Shown piece after piece: positions 27,274-38,129 of a stretch of 64,000 nucleotides of DNA. A program made the translations under genes and the position numbers. Each line of letters opens with the position of its first letter. The first letter of the stretch is position 1. A model generated the notes under the pieces. The model saw only the letters and a list, made by a program, of their open reading frames with translations, was not told the DNA's origin and made no database searches. Source of the stretch: Gemmatimonadota bacterium (GTDB lineage: Bacteria; Gemmatimonadota; Gemmatimonadetes; Palauibacterales; Palauibacteraceae); assembly GCA_039588215.1 (NCBI GenBank), contig JBDHAD010000010.1, forward strand, positions 10,403 through 74,402, written 5' to 3'.

Positions 27274-29385
27274 CTACCCGATTTGCACCTGGAAGCGCAG
27301 CAGGCGCCCCGGCTGCGGAAGACCACATTGGTCGAACACCGCCTTGTCAGCGACGTTGTCGAGCGCCACGGTCGTCCGCAGCTTGTGGAGCGGGCCGCCG
27401 AGCGTCCACTCGCGCGTGGCGAGTAAATCCAGCCGGGCAGTGGCGTCGAGCGCCAGATCCGCGCCCGAATCCGGGTCTACACAGAACTGTCGCCCGACTA
27501 CATCCAGCTCCACGCTCGCCATGAAGCCGGCCGGGAATCGGCCCGTGAGGTCGACGCTACCGGCAATCTCGGGCTGGTACTCAGCCCGCTGCTGTGTCGA
27601 TGGGGCCGCTTGGTCCGTCAGCGTCACGTTCTGCCAGGTCAGATCGCCACCCACCTCGACGTGCTTCCAGCGCACCGCAGCCAGCAGTTCCATCCCCGCC
27701 GCCGTCACACGGTTTCGGTTCTCGCGCATGAAGCGACCATCTCCCAAGCCCGTTCGAACAATGGCGTCGGAGAGGCGCTGCTGGAAGAAGACGACCTGCC
27801 CCTCGAGCGCCCCCGACAGAGCGCGTGCGTTCCCCGTGATCCCAGCTTCGATGACGCGCAACTCTTCGGGCTGCAGTTCGGGGTTCGGCACGAACCGGCC
27901 GAGTGCCCCCGAGTAGAGCTCGCGCAGCGACGGGAATCGGACCCGGCGGCTCACGCCCAAGTGGAGGCGTCCGTCCCCACCGGCGAACTGCGCCGATGCG
28001 CCCGCTCGCGCTCCCCACTCGGTGATCGGATCGCGTGGCTCGCGTCCTCCGGTCTCGGGTGTGCTCGCGCGATCCAACGAGCCACCCGCGGTCAGGCGAA
28101 CATCGGTGAACAAGCCATCCGCACCGTGGTTCGAGACCAGAGGCTGCTCGACCTCGAGCCCTAGGCTGTACAGCCGCTGTCGAAACCGGGACGTCTCACC
28201 CGGGTCTAGGCGCTCGACATGCCGCGTCTCCGCCCACGTGAAGGCAGATCGGATGGTCCCGTCCCCCAGGGTGTGGTCGCCCAGCAGACGCGCCGTGAGC
28301 GTGCGGTCGTCGGCGAACTCCCGGTCCTCGATGGTCTGGTAGGCCAGCGTCTCGTACTGGTCGATCTGTGTATCTCCGAAGTCGAGACCCAAGCTGGCCT
28401 CCAGATCGCCCTCCCCCAAGGGGGTTTTCCTCCACCCCGTCCCGGCCGACAAAGCGGTCACGACCCGTGCCACCTCGGGAATGCGCCACCGGCGCGGATC
28501 GCTGATGTGGAGCTCCGGCGGCACCCCCTTTTCCGCGCGGAACGCGAAGCTGGAGAGCGAAACCCAGGCACCGAGAGCGGCGCCATACCTGGCGGCGAAG
28601 AAACCGCTGACATGATCCAGGTCACTGTTCAGGCGACGGCCGTCCTCTGACGTGACGGCTTGGTCCACGCCGGAGGCGAGGGGCACGCCCGACCTCGAGC
28701 GGAACCCCGCACCTGCCTGAAGCCACAGGGTGCGGTCTCCAAACGCCACCTCCCGACCGAATCGGAGGCCGGCGACCGCCGCTCCCGTGTCGTCGATGCC
28801 ACCGTCAAGCGCGCTGGTAGGGGGATCCGGTGACCCATCGCCTCGGGAGATGTCGACCTCGACCACCCCACCAAGGACGTTGGGTCCGTGCAGCACCGAG
28901 GAGAGCCCTCGGAAGAGCTGCACCTGCCGCGCAGCCGCGACCGGGATGACGGAGAGGTCCGTCCGCGCATCCCAACCCAGTGTGAGCGGAACGCCATCCA
29001 CCAAGACCGCGACCTGCCGCGACTCGGTCCCGCGCAGCGTGAGCTGCGCCTCCCCCCTGGAGTTCTCGCGCACCTGGATGAAAGGCATCGACCGCAGAGC
29101 ATCCTCGAGGATCGGCACCGGCGCGAGGCCAGGGGAAGAGAGCGACAATCGCACGGCAGCGGCCCCGGTCCCCGTCGCGATTGCCCTGGTGGTACGCACC
29201 CGGATCGCCTCCAGCTCGACGACGGTCGTATCGGTCGCGACCGGGTCCGCCCGGGTCGAATCGGGGCGCGCCTGGGCGACGACCGGCGACGGCGACGCGC
29301 AAAGGAGGCACACGGCGGCCACGGCCCAGCAAACGAGGCCGCCAGCATGCCATCGAGTCCGATTCGGTATCGTCGGAGACCTCAT
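27274..29385 (-). CDS. TonB-dependent outer-membrane receptor
   Basis: ATG 29385 overlaps the lnt stop (ATGA). Signal peptide ...LLCASPSPVVAQA. Plug motifs LEDALRSMPFIQVRENSRGEAQLTLRGTESRQVAVLVDGVPL and FRGLSSVLHGPNVLGGVVEV. The barrel ends GRLLRFQVQIG. Confidence 0.85.
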   Translation of the reverse strand: MRSPTIPNRTRWHAGGLVCWAVAAVCLLCASPSPVVAQARPDSTRADPVATDTTVVELEAIRVRTTRAIATGTGAAAVRLSLSSPGLAPVPILEDALRSMPFIQVRENSRGEAQLTLRGTESRQVAVLVDGVPLTLGWDARTDLSVIPVAAARQVQLFRGLSSVLHGPNVLGGVVEVDISRGDGSPDPPTSALDGGIDDTGAAVAGLRFGREVAFGDRTLWLQAGAGFRSRSGVPLASGVDQAVTSEDGRRLNSDLDHVSGFFAARYGAALGAWVSLSSFAFRAEKGVPPELHISDPRRWRIPEVARVVTALSAGTGWRKTPLGEGDLEASLGLDFGDTQIDQYETLAYQTIEDREFADDRTLTARLLGDHTLGDGTIRSAFTWAETRHVERLDPGETSRFRQRLYSLGLEVEQPLVSNHGADGLFTDVRLTAGGSLDRASTPETGGREPRDPITEWGARAGASAQFAGGDGRLHLGVSRRVRFPSLRELYSGALGRFVPNPELQPEELRVIEAGITGNARALSGALEGQVVFFQQRLSDAIVRTGLGDGRFMRENRNRVTAAGMELLAAVRWKHVEVGGDLTWQNVTLTDQAAPSTQQRAEYQPEIAGSVDLTGRFPAGFMASVELDVVGRQFCVDPDSGADLALDATARLDLLATREWTLGGPLHKLRTTVALDNVADKAVFDQCGLPQPGRLLRFQVQIG

Positions 29386-31094
29386 GGCCTCCCGCGGTTT
29401 GCCGTGCGCGCCTTCCTCATCGACTGAATCAACCCAGTGATCGCCAACAGTACGGCTCCCCACCCCATCACATCGCCGAATCGAACATACAGGGTACGGC
29501 CATCCGTGGTCATCACCTCTCCGGCGAAGGATGCCGCCTCGAACAGGGGAGTCTCGTGCGCCGTCCGGCCCAAGGGATCCACGATCTCCGAGATCCCCGT
29601 GTTCGCGGAGCGCGCGACCCCCGCCCGCGTCTCGATCGCGCGCATCACCAGATGCGCCGGGTGCTGCCACAGTGCGCTGCTCCGGCTCCACCAGATCTCA
29701 CGCCCGAACCACGCATCGTTGGTGATGTTGACGAAGAAGTCGGCCCCCGTCCTGCGGTAATGGAGCGCGAGCGGCGAGAAGATCGACTCGTAGCAGATCA
29801 TCACCCCGAACGAGGCGGGCGACTCTCCGTTCGCAGACCGTCCAGGAATCTCGTACGGCTGGCTCCAGTCGCCGACCCCGAAGCCGCCGAAATAGTCGAG
29901 CCCCGAGAACCACCTCGGGTTGAGGAACGGGACACGCTCCACGACCGGTACGAGAAAGCGCTTGTCGTAGCGCGCCACCCGGTTGCCGGTCTCGTCCACC
30001 AGGAACCCGGAGTTGAAGTATTCCCACTGACCATCGGGATAGTCCGCTGCCCCGAGCGCCCCGTACAGGACCGGCGCCTCTACGTCTGTCGCCAACCCCG
30101 CGACCCAGGCTTCGAGATCCGGTCGGCCCGGGAGCCTGATGGCATCGATCGGGTCAACGACGACGGGCAGGACCGACTCGGGAAGGATCAAGAGGTCGAG
30201 GTCTGCCGCTCCACCACGCCAGGGCTGCACGAGGGTCGTCGTCCCCCGCTGCGCGGCATCGATCGCCAGCGTCTGCTGGAGCTTCAGGTCCTCGGGCACG
30301 TTGGGCTGCACGACGCCCACCCGGGCCACCGGACGGAGCTCGAGCGTCCACCAGCGGGCCAGCGAGTACCCGACCGGAACCGCCACGACGATCGTGAGCG
30401 CCAGGGCGAGTCGGCTCCACGGCTTGGCGGCTGGAGCCCCGGCGCTCGTGGGCCCCCGATCCCCGGCGCGGCGCGCCACCCAGATCGCCGCGATCAGGCC
30501 GTTGACCAACGCGAGCCAGAAGCTCAGCCCACGCGAGCCAACGATGTCTGCGGCCCCGATCAGCCACGGAAACCCGGTGAGCGTGTCACCTAGTTGCATC
30601 CAAGGGAACGCCACGTCGCCCAGATGAGCGCGCAGCCATTCGTTCGCGGTCCAGAAGACGGGGACCGCCGCCCATATCGGCCACGCCAGCCGCTCCCGCA
30701 CGGACCGCATCGCACCGGACATCCACGACAGGAAGCCCGACAGAATCAAGACCGGAGCCAGAAAGGCGGGGACGGCCCAGGCCGTGTAGAAGACGAGCGC
30801 GACGAACAGCCAGTAGAAGACGAGGGTGTAATAGACCAGGCCGAGGAAGAACCCCCCGCGGCGCGCCTCCCGGCGTCCTTCGGCCCCCGCGGGAAGCCTC
30901 TCGAGCCACACCAGGAACGGCACCAGAGCGACGAACGAGGGCACGAAGAGGTGAAACGGAGGGTGCGCGAGCCCGAGCAGCACTCCCGAAACCAGCAGCA
31001 TCGCCGGGTGCTCGGGTAACCAGCCGGTCAACCAACGCCGTATCGCGGGACCCGCCGGCTGAACCCGGGCGCGGGGCTCGGTCAACGTCCCCAA
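29382..31094 (-). CDS. lnt: Apolipoprotein N-acyltransferase
   Basis: Multi-TM N-terminal half. C-N hydrolase domain with PESVLP, YDKRFLVPVVERVP, GVMICYESIF and NITNDAWFG. Confidence 0.88.
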   Translation of the reverse strand: MGTLTEPRARVQPAGPAIRRWLTGWLPEHPAMLLVSGVLLGLAHPPFHLFVPSFVALVPFLVWLERLPAGAEGRREARRGGFFLGLVYYTLVFYWLFVALVFYTAWAVPAFLAPVLILSGFLSWMSGAMRSVRERLAWPIWAAVPVFWTANEWLRAHLGDVAFPWMQLGDTLTGFPWLIGAADIVGSRGLSFWLALVNGLIAAIWVARRAGDRGPTSAGAPAAKPWSRLALALTIVVAVPVGYSLARWWTLELRPVARVGVVQPNVPEDLKLQQTLAIDAAQRGTTTLVQPWRGGAADLDLLILPESVLPVVVDPIDAIRLPGRPDLEAWVAGLATDVEAPVLYGALGAADYPDGQWEYFNSGFLVDETGNRVARYDKRFLVPVVERVPFLNPRWFSGLDYFGGFGVGDWSQPYEIPGRSANGESPASFGVMICYESIFSPLALHYRRTGADFFVNITNDAWFGREIWWSRSSALWQHPAHLVMRAIETRAGVARSANTGISEIVDPLGRTAHETPLFEAASFAGEVMTTDGRTLYVRFGDVMGWGAVLLAITGLIQSMRKARTANRGRP

Positions 31095-32485
31095 GCCGTT
31101 TCTAAACCCAGAGGCATCACCGGCAGCGCGCGCGATCGGGGGGCCGCGCCCGGCTCGCGCACCGCGCGGAGCACGTGTGCCCGTAGATCGAAGTCGTCGC
31201 TACCCACGATCTCGACCTCGACCAGCGTGCCGACCGCGAGTGGCGACGAGCTGAACAGCTCCGTCACGCCGTCCACGTCATCGGCCTGCGAGGCGAGGCG
31301 CCCCTGCGCCCGGTAGCGTCCGTCCGTGTCCCCGGGCGCACCCTCCGGCTGGTCGACGATGGCGAGCTCGCGCCGCCCGACATCCGCCGCCAGCCGCTCG
31401 GCGCTGATCGCGCGTTGGATCTCGAGTAACTCGGCGAGGCGCTCCTGGGCCACGTCCTCATCCACGGACAGCGCGTCCAGGCCCGCCGCGCGGGTGCCTT
31501 CTTGCGGAGAGAACGCGAACGCCCCCAAGCGATCGAAGCGAACCTCATCCAGGAAGTCGAGCAGATTGCGGAAGTCTTCCTCTGTCTCCCCCGGAAACCC
31601 GACCATCACGGTCGTACGCAGCGTCAGGTCCGACACGGAATCGCGCAACCAGGCGATCTTGGCCCGGAGCGTAGCTTCGCGCTCAGGGCGTCGCATTCGC
31701 TCCAGAACCGGATCGCTGGCGTGCTGTATGGGCATGTCGATGTACGAAAGTAGGCGCGGCTCGCTGGCCATGACCTCCACGAGTGGCTCGCGTAGGCCCG
31801 CCGAGTAGATGTAGAGCAGTCGGAACCACGGGATCGACGTTTCGGCCAGGAGGGTGTGTACGAGCGTCGTGATGTCCGATCCGTCCCGGACGTCGCGGCC
31901 GAAGTGTGCGAGGTCCTGCGCGACGAGGTTCAGCTCCACAGACCCCTGGATCTCGAGACGCTGTGCCTCCGCCAGGAGTCCCTCCATCCCGAATGAGCGG
32001 TGTCGACCGCGCCACAACGGAATCGCGCAAAAGGCGCACCCATGATCGCAGCCCTCGCTGACCTTCAGATAGCTGACGTGTCGAGAGCCGAGGGCCAAGC
32101 GCTCTCCGGGGTGCTTCGGAGGCGGCCCGCTCAGGAGCCCGCGAGCTCGGAGCTCCGGGGCCAGCCTCTCGACGTCCCGCAGACCCAGGAACAGATCGAC
32201 CTCGGGGAGGGCCTCCTCCAACTCCGCGCGGTATCGCTCGACCATGCACCCGACGGCGACGAGGCTCCGGCACTTACCGACCTGTTTCATGCGAGCTGCC
32301 TCGAGAAGGGTCTCGATCGACTCTTCCTTGGCTGCATCGATAAACCCGCACGTGTTTACCAGGATCACTTCGGCGTCGCGCAGGTCCGACACCGGTCGGG
32401 CCCCGTGTCCGACCAACTCACCGAGCATTCGCTCCGAGTCGACCGTGTTCTTGTCGCAGCCGAGGCTGACGAGGCCGAGACGCAT
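31082..32485 (-). CDS. rimO: Ribosomal protein S12 methylthiotransferase (radical SAM MTTase)
   Basis: MRLGLVSLGCDKNTVDSE, VNTCGFIDAAKEES, radical-SAM CDHGCAFCAIP, and a TRAM-like C-terminus. Confidence 0.9.
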   Translation of the reverse strand: MRLGLVSLGCDKNTVDSERMLGELVGHGARPVSDLRDAEVILVNTCGFIDAAKEESIETLLEAARMKQVGKCRSLVAVGCMVERYRAELEEALPEVDLFLGLRDVERLAPELRARGLLSGPPPKHPGERLALGSRHVSYLKVSEGCDHGCAFCAIPLWRGRHRSFGMEGLLAEAQRLEIQGSVELNLVAQDLAHFGRDVRDGSDITTLVHTLLAETSIPWFRLLYIYSAGLREPLVEVMASEPRLLSYIDMPIQHASDPVLERMRRPEREATLRAKIAWLRDSVSDLTLRTTVMVGFPGETEEDFRNLLDFLDEVRFDRLGAFAFSPQEGTRAAGLDALSVDEDVAQERLAELLEIQRAISAERLAADVGRRELAIVDQPEGAPGDTDGRYRAQGRLASQADDVDGVTELFSSSPLAVGTLVEVEIVGSDDFDLRAHVLRAVREPGAAPRSRALPVMPLGLETAWGR

Positions 32486-32488
32486 ACG

Positions 32489-33532
32489 TCAGCCGGAGAA
32501 GACGTCGGCGCCGGGTGGAACCGTGAACTGGAAGAGCGAGTCTGCGAGAGCGGCGTTGGGCTCCAGGTCCGACAGGCTCACGGTCCGAATGCTCTCGTTC
32601 CTTTCGACGATCTGAAATCGGCGTACGAGCCGGTCCCGGGGTCCGATCCAGATGCGCACGGAGAGGTAGGGCGAGCGGCCCATCGGCGTGAGGGTCACGA
32701 CGTGCGTCGAGAGCCCATCGAGCGAATCGCGCCCGTCGTAGCGCGCGTCATAGGACGTACGCGCCTCGCTCAAGATGCGGGCGAGAAGATCCGCGGTGCC
32801 CGAGTCCGTATCGCCCGCACGCAACTCGGAGCGAATCACCTGTCTGGGGTTTTGACTCGGGTGGTACACCCACAGGTACCTGCCATCCGCCACGATTTCG
32901 TCGTCGGGCGGATCCAGGAAATCCATTCTGAATCGGTCGCGCCCCTTCTGGTACCAGACTCCGGTCCCGCTGCTGGTTCGCTCCAACAGTGGCACCTCCA
33001 TCACCTGGAGGAAGGAAGCGCGAAGCGACGAGAGCGAGCCGTAGGCGCGCTCTGCTTCCGCCAGGAGCGCCGCCACGTCGATTTCCTGGGCGTCCGGTTT
33101 CGGGGGGTCCAATCGAGGGTCGCCCCGCGCCGTGTCCGTGGCTGGCGCCGAAGGAGGACGGGTTTCGGGTACCGGCGAGCTCTCCACCGGGACCCGCTCT
33201 GCAGCGCCGGGGATGTCGGGCGCACTCGTGCGAGCGGCGGGTCGCTCGTCGCGACGGGCGCCGGCAGTGGAGTCTGCCGGCGTTCGCGTGCCGGTCCCTG
33301 TGCTCGACGCATCCGCCGCCGCGATCGTCGCCGACGTGCTGTCCATGGCGTCGGTCGCGGCGCCACGTGGCCCATAGCGAAGCTCGAGCTCCGAACGCCG
33401 AGATTCGTCGGCACCATCGCCACACGCTGAACCGCCAAGTACCAGCAACGACAGCATGGCACTCAACCGTGCGGAGCCCAGCCGCAGTCCCGGCCTACGG
33501 TCGCGCCGTCTATGTGCGTCTCTTCTACGCAT
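32489..33532 (-). CDS. LolA-like outer-membrane lipoprotein carrier family protein with a long low-complexity N-terminal region
   Basis: ATG 33532 gives a signal/lipobox LSLLVLGGSAC. C-terminal half LRASFLQVMEVPLLERTSSGTGVWYQKGRDRFRMDF...DGRYLWVYHP...LTP is LolA-like. Its stop lies 3 nt before the rimO start. Confidence 0.6.
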   Translation of the reverse strand: MRRRDAHRRRDRRPGLRLGSARLSAMLSLLVLGGSACGDGADESRRSELELRYGPRGAATDAMDSTSATIAAADASSTGTGTRTPADSTAGARRDERPAARTSAPDIPGAAERVPVESSPVPETRPPSAPATDTARGDPRLDPPKPDAQEIDVAALLAEAERAYGSLSSLRASFLQVMEVPLLERTSSGTGVWYQKGRDRFRMDFLDPPDDEIVADGRYLWVYHPSQNPRQVIRSELRAGDTDSGTADLLARILSEARTSYDARYDGRDSLDGLSTHVVTLTPMGRSPYLSVRIWIGPRDRLVRRFQIVERNESIRTVSLSDLEPNAALADSLFQFTVPPGADVFSG

Positions 33533-33731
33533 CTCAGTGACATCCCGGGGAGCGTGCGCCGACGTGCCCGCACGGAGGTGTGACACACCTACCTGGCCGT
33601 CGGCGCCCTGTACACGTGGCCCGAAGCCCCGTTCCGCAGCACCCGCTCTGCTGGAGGGCGGCCCCCTGGCAAGGATCGGCCGGGCAATACCCCCGACGCA
33701 CGATCCACCGAGATCGCTCAGCGAACCGCTT

Positions 33732-35981
33732 CTAGACGTCCGACAGGAGGTCGTCCAACTCCGGCAGTGCTACGAGGATCTCTCGTGCGCGCGATCCGTC
33801 TGCCGGACCCACCACTCCCGCGTGGTGGAGCTGGTCGATGATCCGAGCTGCCCTGCCGTACCCGATCTTCAACCGCCGCTGGAGGAGGCTGGTCGATCCG
33901 GAAGAATTGGCGACTACGATCTCGGCCGCCTGACGGAACAGCTCGTCCCTTTCCTCCAGGACCTCGCCCGCCGTAGCGCCGGAGTCCTGCTCCTCCAGCT
34001 CGCGAACCACTTCCAGAATATCGGGCTCGCTCTCGGCTTCGAGGGCGCGAGCGGCGGCCTGCGCGCGGTACCAGTCGAGCAGACGCTCCGTCTCCTCGCT
34101 CGAGACATACGTTCCCTGGATGCGGATCGGATCGGATTCGCCCGGCGGCAGGAACAGCAAATCGCCGTTCCCCAGCAGGCTTTCTGCGCCGTTCTGGTCG
34201 AGGATGGTGCGGCTGTCTGTCTTCGACGCCACCCTGAACGCGATTCGGCTCGGGAAGTTCGCCTTGATCAAGCCGGTGAGGACGTTGACCGAGGGGCGCT
34301 GCGTGGCGACCACGAGGTGAACCCCTACCGCCCGTGCCTTCTGCGCCAGCATGGCGAGCGGAGTCTCGACCTCGGCCTGCACCGTCATGATCAAGTCGGC
34401 GAGCTCGTCGATGAGGAGCACGATGTACGGCAGCTCGCCATCCTCGTACGGCCGGTCCTCCTCCTCATCCCAAGCGCTTCCGCCCGGGCGGCGCACATCG
34501 CGCCCGTCGCTTATCCGCCGGTTGAACTCGGCTACGTTCCGGCACGCGTTGGCCGACAACAGGTTGAAGCGCCGCTTCATCTCGTACACCGCCCACTTGA
34601 GCACCGAAGCCGCGTCGTCGTTGTCGGTGATCACCGGGTGTCGAAGATGCGGGAGTTCTCCGTATACGCTCAGCTCCACCATCTTCGGGTCGATCATGAG
34701 CAGCCGCAGCTCGCGCGGGGTGTAGCGGTAGACCAGGCTGGTGATGATGGAGTTCATGCAGATCGACTTGCCTGTACCCGTGGCCCCCGCGATCAGGAGA
34801 TGAGGCATGCGAGTCAGGTCGGCGCACGTGGGGCGGCCCGACAGGTCCCGACCGAGGGCCAGCGGCAGCGTGGCGCGCGATCTCCGATACGCCGGCGACT
34901 CCAACACCTCGCGCAGGAAAACGATCTCGGGCTCCGGGTTCGGCACCTCAACGCCCACGGCCCCCTTGCCGGGGATAGGGGCCACGATGCGGATCGACGG
35001 AGCGCGAAGCGCGAGGGCCAGGTCATCGGCGCGCGCCGCGATCTGGCCGACCTTCACCCCGGGCGCGGGTACGACCTCGAACTGCGTGACGACCGGCCCT
35101 GTCGTCCAGCCGCCGATCTCGCCGTCGATGCGGAAGGTGGCCAGTTTCTCGACGACCACCCGGCCCAAGGCGCTGAGCTCGCGCGATTCCAGCCCGCTCC
35201 CCTGCCGGACGGGCTCGGTCAACAGGTCGATCGGTGGTAATGCCGTCAGATCCAGGTCGCCCGGGTCGGCGAGGGTCCCCTCCTCTCCTCCAGGTGGCGC
35301 ACTCCCGCCGTTCCTCCGGGTCAGGTCAGGGAGCTCCTCGAGCTCTTCCTCCTGCGGCGCCTCCTGCTCGACCCCCTCCCATGGGCTCACGGTCGCTTCC
35401 CGCTCCGGTTCCCGGTACAGATCCATGACCGCTCGCCCCAGGGAGCGCGCTACGCCGGTACCGAGCGCGAGACCGCGCTTGGCCCAGCGACCGCTACCGC
35501 TCGCCACCTGGAGTGGAGACAGGCCCAGCGTAAGGACCACGAGGACCAGCAGCAGGGCAGCCAGAATGAGCAGCGCCCCGACCGATCCGAATCCGGTCCC
35601 GAGCACGGCTCCGAGGGTCCGACCGACCCAGCCCGTGGACTCTCCAGCCGGAGTCTCCCCGGCGGTCAGCAGCCAGGTCGCGCTGGGGATGAGAACCAGG
35701 ATTCCGACGGACAGGAGGGTCCAGCGGAGGACACGCCCTCGATCGAACAATCCGAGGAAGCCGACCCCCCATGCGATCATTGGGATCGCGACGAGGGCGG
35801 CCGCGGCGCCGAATGCGGCGCGTCCCCAACGGTGTATGAGTGCCCCCGCCGGTCCGATGAGGTTCCTCTCATCGCCGGTGAGAAGGGGAGACAGGATCGC
35901 CAGACCGGCTAGGAGGCCAAGCGCAATGAGCCCCACGCCCAGCGCTTCGTGCCGCTGCTGTTCACCGAGCATCGCGATCAC
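33732..35981 (-). CDS. ftsK: DNA translocase FtsK/SpoIIIE
   Basis: N-terminal TM helices. Motor domain PHLLIAGATGTGKS, LLIDELADL and HLVVATQRPSVNVLTG. Winged-helix gamma domain SLLQRRLKIGYGRAARIIDQL. Confidence 0.93.
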   Translation of the reverse strand: MIAMLGEQQRHEALGVGLIALGLLAGLAILSPLLTGDERNLIGPAGALIHRWGRAAFGAAAALVAIPMIAWGVGFLGLFDRGRVLRWTLLSVGILVLIPSATWLLTAGETPAGESTGWVGRTLGAVLGTGFGSVGALLILAALLLVLVVLTLGLSPLQVASGSGRWAKRGLALGTGVARSLGRAVMDLYREPEREATVSPWEGVEQEAPQEEELEELPDLTRRNGGSAPPGGEEGTLADPGDLDLTALPPIDLLTEPVRQGSGLESRELSALGRVVVEKLATFRIDGEIGGWTTGPVVTQFEVVPAPGVKVGQIAARADDLALALRAPSIRIVAPIPGKGAVGVEVPNPEPEIVFLREVLESPAYRRSRATLPLALGRDLSGRPTCADLTRMPHLLIAGATGTGKSICMNSIITSLVYRYTPRELRLLMIDPKMVELSVYGELPHLRHPVITDNDDAASVLKWAVYEMKRRFNLLSANACRNVAEFNRRISDGRDVRRPGGSAWDEEEDRPYEDGELPYIVLLIDELADLIMTVQAEVETPLAMLAQKARAVGVHLVVATQRPSVNVLTGLIKANFPSRIAFRVASKTDSRTILDQNGAESLLGNGDLLFLPPGESDPIRIQGTYVSSEETERLLDWYRAQAAARALEAESEPDILEVVRELEEQDSGATAGEVLEERDELFRQAAEIVVANSSGSTSLLQRRLKIGYGRAARIIDQLHHAGVVGPADGSRAREILVALPELDDLLSDV

Positions 35982-35993
35982 CCGCCCTTCCGC

Positions 35994-36773
35994 TCATCCA
36001 CCCTTCCCCACGTCTGCCCGCCTGAACGCGTCGCCACACCAGATGGGTACGATCCGGCTGGCATCCAGCTCGGCACAATCTTCGAGATCTTCCCCCAAAC
36101 CGAGGGCGCCGAGCGCACGGCCCGCAGACGTGTCCGCCAGACGCGCCGCCGTGGGAGGTCCCAGACCTCGTGCCAGCTCGCACGCGGCGCGTGCCGCGTC
36201 GCTCAGCCTGACCGCCCCCCCAGCGGCCAGCACACGCCCTACAAGATGGCCCGCGCACCATGCGTCGTCCATGCTGACCCGCCCGAGACGACCGGCACAG
36301 ACGAGTAAGACGCCGCGGCTCGCCGCGCGAGTCTTCAGGTCTTCGATCAGCGAACCGGAGATGGCTCCCGCGTTCTTGAAGCATGCGAGCCGGAGCCGAC
36401 GTCCGGCCATTGCCAGCCGCATCGCGGGCGTGCCGTTCGTCGTTCGATAGATGAGCGTCTTTCCGACCACGCCCGGGGTCGTGTACTCGCGCGGCGAGTT
36501 CCCAAGGTCGTAGCCTTCGATCTTCACTCCTCGGCGCTCTCCGCACAGGAGCGCCGTGTCCGCCGGGAGCGTCTCGTAGAACCGTTGAGCTTCTTCATCG
36601 GTCGCGGCTGGAATCACGCGCTCGGCGCCCGAATCGAGGGCGGTGAGGATACTGGTCGTGGCTCGGATTACATCGAGGACGGCGACCGACCATTCCCGGA
36701 TGTCGAGGCGCTCGAGCTCCGCGGGCACCCAAACCACATCGACGATCGGTGGGGCGTCCGTCGCGGCCGTCAC
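35994..36773 (-). CDS. 2-phosphosulfolactate phosphatase (ComB) family protein
   Basis: GTG 36773 overlaps the accC stop (GTGA). Family motifs [13 protein letters not shown] and [23 protein letters not shown]. The remainder of ORF 35994..37109 overlaps accC and is discarded. Confidence 0.75.
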   Translation of the reverse strand: MTAATDAPPIVDVVWVPAELERLDIREWSVAVLDVIRATTSILTALDSGAERVIPAATDEEAQRFYETLPADTALLCGERRGVKIEGYDLGNSPREYTTPGVVGKTLIYRTTNGTPAMRLAMAGRRLRLACFKNAGAISGSLIEDLKTRAASRGVLLVCAGRLGRVSMDDAWCAGHLVGRVLAAGGAVRLSDAARAACELARGLGPPTAARLADTSAGRALGALGLGEDLEDCAELDASRIVPIWCGDAFRRADVGKGG

Positions 36774-38113
36774 GCGTCGCCTATGAACCGCTCCACGAAG
36801 TGTGTGTCGATGTCGCCCGCCACGAAATCCGGGTGATTCAACACCTTGCGAAGGAACGGAATGGTGGTGTGGACGCCCTCCAGGATGAACTCCTCCAGAG
36901 CGTGGTACGCCCGTATTCGAGCCTCCTCGCGAGTCTTCCCGTGGACGATCAGCTTGGCGAGCAACGAGTCGTAGTGGGTGGGGACCACGTACCCATCGTA
37001 CACGTGCGTGTCCACCCGAACACCGGGCCCACCCGGCGCATGAAACGTGGTGATCGTGCCGGGGGAGGGCCTGAAGTTGTGCTCCGGATCCTCGGCGTTG
37101 ATGCGGCATTCCAGAGCGTGCCCGCGGAATGATGGCGCGGCGCGCAGCTCGAGCCTCTCACCGGCGGCCACCCTGATCTGAGACTTGATGAGATCGATCG
37201 CGGTAACCAGCTCTGTGACCGGGTGCTCGACTTGAATGCGGGTGTTGACCTCCATGAAATAGAACTCGCCGTCCGATTCGAGCAGGAACTCGACGGTGCC
37301 CGCCCCGTGATACCCGAAGGCCTGCCCCCCCCGCACGGCGGCATCGCCCATTCGTTCACGGAGGTCCGGGGTGACGGCGGGGCTCGGCGCCTCCTCGATG
37401 AGCTTCTGGTGACGGCGCTGCACGGAGCAGTCGCGCTCGCCGAGGTGGACGAGGTTGCCGTGGCGATCACCGAGCAACTGAATCTCCACGTGCCGGGGCC
37501 GCTCCAAGAACCTCTCCAGGTACACGGCGGCATTGTTGAAGGCGGCCTCGGCCTCGTTCCGGGCCATCCGAAATGCCTTCACGAAGGCTTCCGGCTCCCG
37601 GGCGATCCGCATCCCCTTGCCACCGCCACCCGCGGTGGCCTTGACCATCACGGGAAACCCGATGCGCTCGGCCTCGGCGAGCGCATCGTTTTCATCGTCT
37701 ATCGCGCCCTCGGAGCCGGGCACGACTGGAACACCGGCTTGGATCATGGTGCGTCGCGCTTCGGCCTTGTCGCCCATGCGCCGAATCTGTTCTGCCGTTG
37801 GGCCGATGAACACGAGGCCGCTTCTCTCGCAGATCTCGGCGAACTCGGGGTTCTCCGCCAGGAACCCGTAGCCCGGGTGTATCGCGTCGGCCCCCGTGAT
37901 CTCCGCGGCAGCCAGGATGCGCGGGATGTTCAGGTAGCTATCGCGGCTCGGGGCTGCGCCGATGCAGATGTCTTCATCGGAGAAGCGAACGTGCAGGGAA
38001 TCGCGGTCGGCGTCGGAGTACACGGCCACCGTGCGGATATCCAGCTCGCGACAAGCTCGGATGATCCGAAGGGCGATCTCCCCCCGGTTCGCGATCAGGA
38101 TCTTGCGGAACAA
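36770..38113 (-). CDS. accC: Acetyl-CoA carboxylase, biotin carboxylase subunit
   Basis: TTG 38113 gives (M)[25 protein letters not shown]. Also [13 protein letters not shown]-grasp [22 protein letters not shown]. Confidence 0.95.
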   Translation of the reverse strand: MFRKILIANRGEIALRIIRACRELDIRTVAVYSDADRDSLHVRFSDEDICIGAAPSRDSYLNIPRILAAAEITGADAIHPGYGFLAENPEFAEICERSGLVFIGPTAEQIRRMGDKAEARRTMIQAGVPVVPGSEGAIDDENDALAEAERIGFPVMVKATAGGGGKGMRIAREPEAFVKAFRMARNEAEAAFNNAAVYLERFLERPRHVEIQLLGDRHGNLVHLGERDCSVQRRHQKLIEEAPSPAVTPDLRERMGDAAVRGGQAFGYHGAGTVEFLLESDGEFYFMEVNTRIQVEHPVTELVTAIDLIKSQIRVAAGERLELRAAPSFRGHALECRINAEDPEHNFRPSPGTITTFHAPGGPGVRVDTHVYDGYVVPTHYDSLLAKLIVHGKTREEARIRAYHALEEFILEGVHTTIPFLRKVLNHPDFVAGDIDTHFVERFIGDA

Positions 38114-38129
38114 GACGCCCCCGGCCGGG

